DNA from: Anthoceros angustus
Lineage: Eukaryota; Plantae; Anthocerotophyta
Direction of reading: 5' to 3'
NCBI GenBank assembly: GCA_010909165.1
Contig: MU008169.1
Span: 1,364,001 to 1,428,000, forward strand
Length of the DNA: 64,000 bases
Below the pieces are notes generated by a model. That model did no database searches and was not told the origin of the DNA. It worked only from the letters and a program-made list of their open reading frames with translations. This document shows, piece after piece, positions 36,029 to 47,494 of the stretch (position 1 is the first letter of the stretch; each line of letters starts with the position of its first letter). The translations under genes and the position numbers were made by a program.

Positions 36029-38068
36029 TGCACACTGCCTGTTCCTGATCATTTGTATACAGGGGACCGGCTAGAATTGGGGACCCTGGGGCGTGGTCAC
36101 CGACAGTCCAGGCTCAGGTGCTGATGAGCAATTGTACCATACATCATTGTCGAAGCACATTTCTCGATGTATCTATTGAACTGGCTTGTATTACTTTACA
36201 GTACCTTGTTTGTTTGTAAACCCTATGCTATGATGTGATGTCTTGAGCAAGAACACTTGGAATGTGATCTTATCCTCTCCGACCCCCAAATTCCTAGTAA
36301 CTATCCATCCCCTTCCACCCCGCTAGCATTCGCTCCTCCGGATGTACATATGCTGCAGTGCCGATGATCACTTACTCCTGACCTCCCTGCCCTTTTGCTC
36401 TGGAGCCACACGGGTAGGCGCGGACGTTCACTTGTGTGAAAGAGCGCATACAGCTAGTCTAGGCAGCGGGATGTGGGGCTACAGAATATGTGTCCCAATT
36501 CTGACGCTTTCTCTCGGCAGCAGCAAGGCGAGGATGCCACTTATGGAGTATCTCGTTTGGTCTTTTCCTTGTGAGTACAAACCTAACCTCTGGCTAGATA
36601 TTCCCGTTTCTAGGGTTGTGAGTCCACGAACATGAAAAGTTGTCAAGCTGCGTTGTCCGACAACAGACTTCTCATCAGACGATGTGTCCTGTGGCTTGTG
36701 TGTCACATCTTGCAGTTGCAACAGTTGGCTGGCCTCTCACGGCTTAGTTCACCACGACATTGTCCATAAACCCCTTGGTATGTGCGTGTCGAATCTCTTT
36801 CTCTTGGACTCACACAAGCATGAGCGGAGAAGAGCTCCACAGGGGTATTTAGTCCCTCAGGGGCGTGGTGCCCATCCACAACACTTGTCATTCTGGCATG
36901 TGTGGGACGACGAGTCTCACACGCTACCACATGTGTGCAGATGTATCTATGTATGTACATGTATACTCTGCGGATCAGCCTCTTATTATGTATTCTATTC
37001 CTAACCTGCTGTCTGCTGCCTGATGGGCTCGCTAGTTGAAGCCTGCTTTCTGTTTTATTTGGGTTTGACCTGTCACAGATACCCACCAGAGGGTTGGAAT
37101 CTTAAGGTACGCATACATATGTACTTACATACTTGGTTGTGAGGTGATCATGCAAAGGAAATACCCCCAGTCCCAGGCTCCGGCCCCGGGCATGCAAATG
37201 TTGCAAGTGTTTCAAATTCAGGCGCGATGGATAGGTCCAGGACTCTTGCAGAATGGCATCATCTCCAAGTCTGATGACGCTATGGAGTCTCATGGGCAGT
37301 AGAGCAAGGGAGGGGAGTGGACATACATATCCACATCCTTGAGCCCCTGAAAGCTGCTTTCGGAGCGAGCACACTCTCCGATCAGCACAATTGGTGTGAA
37401 AGCGAGAAATTGCGTTGGCCATGATCATGGACACGAGTGAAAAGGCATTAATGGCAGAGAGGGGACAAGGCTAACAAAGATTTGTTGCGTGCAGCGTGCA
37501 AACAAGCCGCCCCGATTTACAGGGCCACGCCTGGTCAGAGAAGATGCAAAGTACGCCAATGGGCAGCCAAAGGTCGGCATGCGGGCTCTAACAAGCAGCT
37601 TTAGACACGTGACAGCACTCAATGCACCCCTTCATCTAGGGTATTCCTATTCCGCCTCGCCTTTCCTTGGACCCCTGCCCTTCCCTTTCCTGGCCTTTCC
37701 AGAGTCCACACAGTTTTATCACATCCGATACACCTATGTAGGTATCTAGGTATCCCCCATTCAGCCGTCCCAGGACGGTCAGTCGGTCACCCGCCCTTGG
37801 TGCACTTTAATAATACATATTCTTGTTCGTCTTCCCCTCCCTTTCCTTTTCCTTGCCAAGTTGCCCCTCACTGCCACTGCCTAGACAGGAGAACCGGGTC
37901 CCCCACTTCCGCCACGCCTTTTGGGCCCCGAGCGAAGCGCCACGCCGCCGATCGCCTCGCTACATAGTGTGCGGCAGCGTACCGGCCAGCAGGCAAACAG
38001 TCCGCGTCTGCTGCCTCTCGCTCGCCTCGACTCCGCCCTTCCCTTCCGCCGATGCCGTCTGCGCCAGG

Positions 38069-38140
38069 ATGAAGCGTGTCTGGTTCGACCTGCTCGCCTT
38101 CGCGCTCGCCTACTGCTGCGTGCTCAGCCTCTTCTTCTGA
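38069..38140 (+). CDS. Candidate 23-aa hydrophobic small ORF / uORF (MKRVWFDLLAFALAYCCVLSLFF)
   Basis: A at -3; 21 of 22 codons after Met end in G/C; lies after a CT-rich, TSS-like tract (~37820-37860) and ~700 bp upstream of the PRT1 ATG. Confidence 0.3.
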   Translation: MKRVWFDLLAFALAYCCVLSLFF

Positions 38141-38838
38141 GCATCCCCGGGAGCCGAGCCGCTGCGGCATTGCTGGGAGACTCCGCTCCCGCACCTCAAT
38201 TCGGGCCTCGGATTCGAATGCGGTGACGGAATTCGTCTCGCGGTGTTGCACTGGAAGTGAGGAGGATTCCCGACCTGGACGAGCTTCGTAGCTTGGATTT
38301 GCATGCCTTGCGCTTGTGGAAAATGTGGCGAGGCGGGGGCAAATGTGCGGGAATGCGCCGGCTGTTGCTCGGGTTTTCGGAGCAAGGATTTTGGAATGGT
38401 TGAAAGCTGCTGATTCGAGGTCCGATGCCGGAAGGTTGGAGGCGCGCGCTCTGGAGATGCACGTAAGGCGACGCCCGCTGTGGTTGAGCGTTTCGGGAGA
38501 AGAAGGTGGCTTGCAATGTCGGTGGCCGGACAAAGGTGCTTCTTCCGGGTGTAGCGCGGAGGGAGCTTTCTGCTGCGCGAGAGTGTTGCGGATTGAAGCC
38601 GCTGGTGATAGGGGAGGGAGGAGAGGTGGGACTGCGGTGGTCAATTTGGACGTGTTGTTGTGCGCTGGAGGATGGCGGGTCGGACGAGCCGATCTCGCTG
38701 ATGGTCCTAGTACGGTGGAGTATTGTGGTTATGGTTGTCTGCCTTGTCGGTGCGCTCCGAAGACGTGTTCGATGAGCGGTGTGTGAATTTTCGAGCAGCG
38801 GCCCTGGCCTGTTGGGAGCGCTGGGAAGGTGCGACGAC

Positions 38839-41615
38839 ATGGACGCGATTCGGAGTGGCCAGCCGTTCCACTGCGTCATCTGTCTGTACGTAATCTGGGA
38901 AAGAGAGCAGTTGCATTGATGGCTCTGATGCGGCCATGTGGCATGTCACTCACGGAGGTTTTGTTTGTGCAGAGAGCTGGTATACAAGCCGATTGTGCAA
39001 GGTGAGTGTACAGCTTCTTGCAGACTCGGAAGTTGCTGCTTGAAGTGTTTCTCGCTTGTTGCGGACGAGGATCTGACTGACACTGCTGGTTTTGGTTTCT
39101 GTGTGTAGCATGTGGTCATCTTTTCTGCTTCTGGTGCGTTCATCGAGCTATGAACTCTTCATCGGAGTCATACTGTCCACTCTGTAGAAGACCTTACATG
39201 TACTTCCCTAGAATATGTGAACAACTTCACTTCTTCCTCTTGAAAGCCCTACCACAGGAATATGGGAGCAGAGCTAAAGAGGTGAAAGGTTGGTCCATGC
39301 GATAGCCTCTCTGCGTTACCTCCTTGTACTTCACATCTTTAACTGGAGCTACAGGCTGGAGGGAATAGACTTGCATGTATACAATTGCTTGATTTAGCAA
39401 GGAACTTCTAACCCTTGTTCTTGTTTATGCAGAAGAGGAAAAAAAGAGAGGAGTATTTTCACCACAATTCGAAGGGGAGTGTACGAGCTCAGACGAGCTA
39501 TCAAAATCAGATAGCCATACCCATCCTCACACTGCACCTTCCTCAGATTGGGATTGCAGACCACCTGCGGCTTTACAATTGATCCCACCGCTTGAGTCAA
39601 CTCCCTCTGTCGATGTCAGTATTATGACAGGTGCTGATTCGTCTGGTCTGGCTGCTAGGGAATTTATTGATTCTAGTCCGATGGCTGGAGTTCAAACATC
39701 TGCCATCTTTGTCGCACCTGCTTTTGCCGGGGGCACTGCAGGGGCGGGCATCTTGTTACTGCGAAGTCCCGAGCCTGACACAGCATGGAATGGTCCCTCT
39801 CCATTGGCCATAGATTTTGCAGGTGCTCAACTCATTGCTTCAGCTGCTTTTACATCAGAGAGTAGTGCAGGTGCTCTGGATTTGAGCAATTTTGTGGCAA
39901 GTGAGAGCAGGAGCTCCACGTCTGATGCAGTTCACGGTGAAGCCCATTCGCATTCAGAGATGGTGTCAGCTAACCCTGGAGTGAGGCCTACTCCGCCTGA
40001 CTCCATCCCTATGGTTCTCTCAAGTTCCACACCCTCTGCCAGTGACATCCTATCAAGAGTTGGACTGGCTGTCGAAGGCAATAACTGTAGCTCCTTGTCC
40101 TCCTCAGGGGAAGTAGGCAGTGCATGCCCGGAGAATGGGGTTGGGGCCAGTTTTGGAAATGAAGGGGCGACTACTGAGGCAAATGTAGCCTCTGCAGATC
40201 GCGGTGCAGGTTCACCCAGTATAGAAGTAAATGTATCGGTGCCTGATAACTTTCATGGAGATTCTCGTGACCAGGCCCCTGCTACTGCTTCTAGAGATAC
40301 TGCAGGGGGCTCTAGATATGGGGGCAACTCCCAGATTTTACAAAATCTCTTTAGGACATATGAATTCGTTAGGGAAGGTCTCTTTTCCACAGCATCAGAA
40401 TCAAACCCTGGACCAGGTTTTGCAAATAGTCAGCAATATGTTGGGGAACTCACAAGGCCTGATCGAAGTAGTGGTGAAGGTGTTCAGTCACTGGGGCTCT
40501 CACCCTCACCTTCAAATGGGACCGAACTGGAGGTCGGATGTTCAAGTATCGTTTGCAGTGGAGAAGAAGTAGCCATCCTCCCACGTCTGTTGGCTGCAGC
40601 CTCCCTTTCTGACTTCCTGTGCTCAGCCTGCAACCAGCTTCTGCATCGACCTGTGGTTCTCAACTGCGGGCACGGTATGTTCAATCCCTTGTTTGCGAGC
40701 TGTCAGAGCAACTGCTTTTTTCCCAGCTTCTGAAGAGGTTTGCCCTTTGTTATTTTTGCTGGCAGCGTACTGCAGACTGTGTGTTGTACAACCTGATTGT
40801 TCCACTATGAATTGTCCATCTTGTGGAAGTTTCCACCCAGCAGGCGAGCCACAAGTATGCCTGGAGTTGCATTACTTCCTTGAACTTGCATTTCTGCAAG
40901 ATTATGCTCTGCGGCAAGAGGAGCAGAGTTTACATGAAGAGCGGCGACGCCTGGAGAAGGCCTCAACCAGTAAAGTTCTATTCTGTTATTTTTTCTGTTT
41001 GAGCGTCATCCTCCATCTGGATTAGCACTCGGTACAAATCTGCTGCCTTTGCTGAGTTCATGCATGGTTGTCAACAGGTATGGATGATATTGAGGAGCCT
41101 GTTAGCCCATCAAAAGAGGAAAATAGGGAGCCTGTGCACCGGGGAATTGGCTGTGATGGTTGTGGGGTAAGACTGCCATGACTTTCACACTATTTGTAGA
41201 GCTCTTGCCCATCTGAAGGCGTCAATCTTCTTTCTGACCCCTTCATGCTGTTTGGCAGATGATGCCAATAGTTGGTCGGAGGTTCCATTGCGAGGACTGC
41301 CCCAAGAATATAGGATACGATTTGTGTGGAAATTGCCACAAAAGTGCAGTAACCCTCACTGGGCGATTTAATCAACGGCATGGGACTGATCATCATGTGG
41401 TAGAGGTGTTTGTCCGCCATCGGAGCTCAATGCCTAGGTTTCTCAGAGAATCAATGGAAATACTCCAGAACGTGGAGGAGGACGTCTCCCGTCCACATGG
41501 ACTGGGCGCTGATGGGTTTGAAGACGCTGAAGTTGATCCTGAAGAAGATGGTGGTGAGCATAGCCAAGATGAAGGGGATACTGAAACTTACTTTAGTGTA
41601 GTTTATCATGCATAG
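38839..41615 (+). CDS. PRT1: N-degron pathway E3 ubiquitin ligase PRT1-like (RING-RING-ZZ), 7 exons, ~715 aa
   Basis: Exons 38839-38885, 38973-39001, 39109-39288, 39433-40674, 40766-40969, 41078-41166, 41259-41615 (2148 nt, in frame). RING1 FHCVICLELVYKPIVQACGHLFCFWCVHRAMN; RING2 FLCSACNQLLHRPVVLNCGH; ZZ HRGIGCDGCGMMPIVGRRFHCEDC..IGYDLCGNC...GRFNQRH. Confidence 0.93.
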
Positions 41616-42359
41616 ATCGGTGCATCAGCTGCTTTGTTCTTATCAAATCTGAAACATGTAGAGGTGCAAATGATAGCTTTCGTGACCCCTTTATTTGACA
41701 AGTATGTGTTGTTTCCAGCAGTTGCTCGATTGCCAGTGTGAGTTTCATGTATTCCTCACCTGGACTTTCGAGAGACTTACGCTGTGACAACGTGGGGAGG
41801 CTTAATGCCGGTGCGTATCTCGAACATGAGAAACAGTTGTATATATAACATTTCAATGAGCCGCATATGTAATCACACCTTTTGCCTTGCTCGGGTATTG
41901 AAAACGTTTTGAACAACATGTAGTTGTGCTGTTTTGCTGAGTTAAAATTCTTACAAAAAATTTGTGATGTATGTTTTTACTGAGTTGAAATCTTATCAAA
42001 AGTTTGTGATATCTGTTTTTACTGAGTTGAAATCTTACCAAAAATCTGTGATGTTTTCAAACGTACTAAGTGGTTATGGGATCGCTAGTGGCTACTAATA
42101 GGACAAAGATAAAATTATTTTTAAAATTAATATCTCTAAAAAATATTGGATTGAAAAATGGTTACAAGTAGACGAGATGTGTGTGGGTCTCACATGTTGT
42201 ATCTATATATATTTTTATATCTATATGGTAAGTTATAATATAATTACACCTTCATTCTTGGTGAAGAGAATGCAAAATCTAGATTTTGTAATGCTCATTT
42301 ATATTTGTTTGTTTTTGTCGTGCACTAGAAATAACTGCATTGGGGGGTTTTGTTTGTTC

Positions 42360-42510
42360 GACTAGAATGTTCTAGTAATGACTTCCTTGGTTGGTTTTGC
42401 TTGATCGACAAGAATCTCTACTAATGACTTCCGTGGTTGCTTTTGCTTGGTTGACGACAATGCTCTAGTAATGACTTTCTTGTTTGGTTTTGCTTCTTCG
42501 ACCAGAATGC
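42360..42510 (+). repeat. ~45-bp degenerate tandem repeat x3 (core TAGTAATGACTTCC...GTTTTGCTT)
   Basis: Direct reading. Confidence 0.75.
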
Positions 42511-43189
42511 TCACTGAAAGAAACTTCAAAAAATGTACAAGAGGTCATAAGTTGTTTTCTATTATCATTATCATTATTCACAAGATGATCTCCCGCTTTA
42601 GATGTCACACAGGGGTGGTTTGCACACCCTAGGACGATTTACAAACGTTTTTCAAACAACCAAGAGGATGGCACTCTATCCTGGTACTGATCTACCACAA
42701 GCTGCTTAATTGTGGAGTACTTATATCAACTAGTGTATGTGCATCCCTGTCTTGGGGGGCACACGTTACATATAACTTACGTCAGACCTGCCGACGTGAT
42801 GCTTGGGTGTGCCCCTTCGATAAGATTCAACTGAATACTACCCAATGGAGGTGGTTTGAAGTAACCTGAGCAACCCCTATTGAGGGACATGGCCCGCAGG
42901 CGGTGCCGAGGAGATGGCCCATGGCCGAGCAGCCTAATGGGTTAGGTTAGTGGGCAGTAGGCATTGTTTTGTGCATCGATGACACTATCTCCTTGCACTG
43001 GTGGATGATTTTGCACCAAGTGTGGTGCAACCATAGTTTGTTGAAGCTCTTCATTTCTTCAAACAAGGTGATGTCCTAATTTATATACAAACCCAACCAC
43101 TAGTTATTTTGGTGATCAAGATATCCTTTTTTTGTATATCTAAATTTATGGTAATAAAAAATAAGATATATAAAGAAAATAAAAGAAGA

Positions 43190-43453
43190 TGATGAGCTCA
43201 TGATTTTCATGTAATTTGTATCCAGATAATATGAAACCATATTAAAAAAAAGTCCGATAAATGACCATTAAGAATAGCGGCTCAAATGGGCTTCGCTAAT
43301 ATGGGGCTAAATAATCCGTAGGATGATAAGCTCGTAATTTTCATGTAATTTGTATCCAGATAATATGAAATCATATTAAAAAAAGTCTGATAAATGACCA
43401 TTAAGACCAGCGGCTCAAATGGGCTTTGCTAATATGGGGCTAAATAATCCGTA
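43190..43453 (+). repeat. ~131-bp tandem repeat x2
   Basis: gatga...ttttcatgtaatttgtatccagataatatgaaa...ggggctaaataatccgtag occurs twice. Confidence 0.9.
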
Positions 43454-44039
43454 GGTAGTAAAGTTCCAAGTGCCATAGGTGGTCAACTTATAACAAGTGA
43501 GCTTACACAAAGACTTTATTAACTCAATGCACGTGGATCACTACATTCATAGGTATTTTTGAAGCTTGCGTATGTACATAGTTGTGTAGGCTAGTTCATG
43601 TCCATCATAAATTGGATCTTACTTATACCTGCAACTTCAAATCGCTCCTCTATATTACATATTTTCATAGTACATGTAAAATTCACCTTTTTCTGTTAAT
43701 TACATTGGATATTTCTATGGTTAAAAGTCAGAGCAATGCGCAATAAATATTTTTTGATACTCACATAACAACTTTAAAAGTAATATAAGTTAAGAATATG
43801 AGATACCTCTATTGACCATGTTGGATATTTCTATGGTTAATACCAAATTGACGAGGATATAATTATGGCATGTAGGGGAAAATTGGTTTTCTTCTCATAT
43901 CTTATTGAAATTTTACTTTAATTTTTGTAAAAAGTCAAGTGCCTAGTGCTTTCCAAGACTTTTCTACTAACCAAAGATCATTTGCATCGAATCAGTGTGC
44001 TACCCACAACAACCAACGGTTCTTTTAACCTCTAGAACG

Positions 44040-46892
44040 ACCTCATTTGCATCGAATCAGTGTGCTACCCCGATTGTGGTGGTCCCTAAAAAACAGCAGG
44101 GAAAGATACGTGTCTGCCAGGATTGGAGGAAGTTGAACAAGGTAACCAAGAAGGACCATTTTCCGCTCCCGTTCATAGACAGCATACTAGATTTAGTTGC
44201 TGGAAGGATGGTCTATTCATTCTTGGACGGGTATTCGGGGTACAATCAGCTTCATCTCCGGGAGAGCGACTGGCCGTTAACAGCCTTCACTACGGACTGG
44301 GGAACCTACGCCTACAAACGAAGTGCGTTCGGATCAACAGGGGCACCAGGATCTTTCATGCGGACAGTCGTCTAAATTTTCAAGGAATACCTTAGGGACT
44401 TCATGGAAGTTTTCCTTGATGACTCACCATGTGTTGGTGTGAAGGATCACTTAAGCCATCTTCACAAGTGTTTGGAGCGGATGTCAAGACCAATTGTGAC
44501 TGCCTTCAGAAATGTTATTTAATGCGGAGGGTATCTTGTTGGGGCACGCATTTACGCGAGAGGATAGAAGTTGATCCGGATAAAGTCAAGATCATAACCG
44601 CCCTCAAGCCACCCACAATGCTTAAACAGGAGTTCCTCGGAATGGTGGGCTATTATCGTAGGTTGTGAAGAATTTCTCTGCAGCCCCAGCCTTGACGCAA
44701 GGACCAAGAGTGGGCATGGACGTGAGGCAGATGCCTTGATGACTTCTGTGTGTTCGGGGCAGTGAAGGATCACTTGGGCCATCTTCACAAGTGTTTGGAG
44801 CGATGTCAACAGACCCAATTGTGCCTGCTTCCCGAGAAATGTTATTTCGGAATGCCAGAGGGTATCTTGTTGGGGCACCGCATTTCTGCCCAGAGGATAG
44901 AAGTTGATCCGGATAAAGTCAAGATCATAACCGCCCTCAAGCCACCCACAATGCTTAAACAGCTTAGGGGATTCCTCGGAATGGTGGGCTATTATCGTAG
45001 GTTTGTGAAGAATTTCTCCAGACGGGCAGCCCCACTTACAGGACTGCTTCGCAAGGACCAAGAGTGGGCATGGACGCAGGAACGAGAAGATGCCTTCAAT
45101 GACCTTCGAACCACTCTAATCACAGCACCCACCTTGCGGGGGCTAGACTGGAACAAGAAATTCCATGTGTTTGTGGACGTATCGGCATATGCAATCGGGA
45201 CCATTCTTAGCCAGTGGGATGAGAAGAAGCGTGATTATCCCATTTATTATGCGGGCAGGCAACTCACCGACGCGGAGCGAAAATATACCACCACCGAAAG
45301 GGAGGCATGGTATATTCGGTTCGCAAGTTCCGTCATTGCTATCCTACGAGTTCGTCTTCCACGTCGACCACTTCGCACTTAAGCACCTGGTAAACAAGGT
45401 CGATCTGTCCGGCCACATCGCTCGATGGATCCTATTGCTACAAGAATTCACGTTTACGGTGGAGACAAGGGAAGGCAATAAGCATGTGAATGCGGATTAT
45501 ATATCGAGGTTGAGAGCGGAGGTGGTAGCACGGATCGGCGGATTTCCGATGAAGCTTTGTTGGCAGATAGAGCGGCTCGGCCGAATAAAGTAAAGCGTGG
45601 GTAATAGATGTCTGAAATGAGAAGGGGAGAATTGGATACACAAGGCCTACTTACGCGGAGATGTTTGAATTCTTGGGGACGGGTAGCATTCCCCCGGATC
45701 TTTCGAGGCCGCTACGGCAAGCAAGCGTTTGTGCACTATTCGCGTCCGTTTATACGTCATAGGAATAGTTTGTATCAATCAGGACCGGATGGATGGGAGA
45801 GGTTGTGGGTGACAGATGCACAGGTTATCCGAGTGTTGACAGAGATGCACGAGGGAGAAGCCGGAGGACATTTTGCAGCACACATCACGTGCAGAAAGAT
45901 CCTCGAAACAGGGTATTGGTGGCCGACTATGCATCAGGATGCTAAGGAGTTTGTGAAACGTTGCGACGCCTGCCAAAGGGTTGGAAAACCATCTGCAACC
46001 ACCCAATGGCCATTGGTTCCGATCTTGGCACTGGCGCCATTCAAAAAATGGGGAATAGACTTGTTGTCAAACCAAAAACGCGACAAAACCAAGTACATCC
46101 CTGTACTTGACTATTACGCAGCGTATGGTGGAGGCACAGGCACTACAAGTAGATACAGCTCATGTGGTGGCCAGGTTCCTCTATGAACAGATTATTACCC
46201 GCTACGGTTGTCCCTTGGAGCTCGTCAGTGACAGAGGATCGCACTTCGTCAATGAGGTCATTTCTCATATGACAATCTACTTCAACGTTCGCCACAGGAA
46301 AACGACTCCTTATAACCTGAAGGCGAATGGCTTGACAGAAAAGGCGAATGGACTCTTGTGCAGGATCCTGAACAAACTCACGGTGGAATATGCATACGAT
46401 TGGGATCTCAAGCTTCACTCGGCGCTTTGGGCGTATAGGACTGCAGAAAAAATAATGACTCAACAAACACCGTACTACCTCACCTACAGCCATTTTCCGG
46501 TACTGCCTGTTGAATTTGAAATTCCTACCCTGCGCATCCAGGAATCTAACCGCATGGCGGTTGAGGAAAGTCAGTTGGAACGCCTTGTCAGCTTCGCCAA
46601 ACACACCGAGGATAGGGAACAAGCGTTGGGCGTCATGCAGGAAATTCAGGCGAAACGAAAGGCATGGCACGACAACCGGTTGCGGAAACAAGAATGGGTG
46701 ATACCTGGTGACTTGGCCTTGCTGTATGACAATAGATACATGCACTTTCCAGGAAAGCTTCACCTTCGATGGATGGGGCCATATAAAGTCGACGAAGTTT
46801 TCGCCAATGGCTCCATACAGCTGCAATAGTTAGACGGGCGACCCCTGCCAACCAGGGTTAATGGTTGGAGAGTCAAGAAGTACTACACATGA
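44040..46892 (+). pseudogene. 5'-truncated Ty3/Gypsy pol (RT-RNase H-integrase) of element A, frameshifted, with a ~330-bp internal duplication near 44400-45070
   Basis: CQDWRKLNKVTKKDHFPLPFID, SFLDGYSGYNQ, FLDDF, LRGFLGMVGYYRRF, FHVFVDVSAYAIG, EMHEGEAGGHF, GYWWPTM, LVSDRGSHF, NGLTEKANG; ends NGWRVKKYYT* with no chromodomain. Confidence 0.93.
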
Positions 46893-46927
46893 GTTGGCGA
46901 GGATGCCAACAAATGAGAAGGGGAGTA

Positions 46928-47494
46928 TGTAAACGATCTGGATTCGAAAACTTCCTGTTGGTTTGTGTCTTGAGTGATTTTTTTTTTGTTGAGTATGGTG
47001 TTAAAATAAGTCAGGTTGACAGTAGGAGAGGGTAGTTATACTAAAAAATGTCCTTGGCTTATGGGGGTTTTGTTGTTTCTTAGGTTAGATAATAAATGGT
47101 CCTTGGACCGTAAACTCGATATTCCTTGGCCTTTGGTCTCGGGATATCTAATAGAACGTCTATATATGTGGGAGGGGGGTCCTCATATTTGGTAGAGGTT
47201 GCTAAGTCCATAGGTTAGAGGTCGATCCAACCAGGCGGTAGTCGAATAAGTGTGAGGTTGCGGACCGAAATGTGTGGGGGTTACGTTTCGAGAACGGTCG
47301 GCGAATGGGACGGGCGGTCGTGGAAGAAAGGAGCCGTCGTCGAAGGAGAAGTAGTCGTGGAGGTTGACCGGCGGTAGGGGAAGTTCCAGGAATTTAACCC
47401 TAAGAAAACTCAGGAGGGAACAGAAACGCATTCAAACGGTGGAGTGCTGTGGTGGAGGCGGCGTCGAGGAGTGGGCGTGGCCAGTGGCGGGCGT
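46928..47494 (+). repeat. 5' part of the element A 3' LTR, interrupted by element B
   Basis: Follows PPT aaatgagaaggggagta, starts TGTAAACGATC, and is a diverged homologue of the element B LTR start. Confidence 0.85.

Noticed and set aside
37868-38879. Long minus-strand ORFs (258 aa and 227 aa) upstream of PRT1
   Set aside because: GC-rich sequence leaves several overlapping frames open; no recognisable domain, and TSS-like signals point to the plus strand.
42323-43950. CACTAG at 42323 as the start of a second CACTA element
   Set aside because: No matching inverted end with a 3-bp TSD was found.
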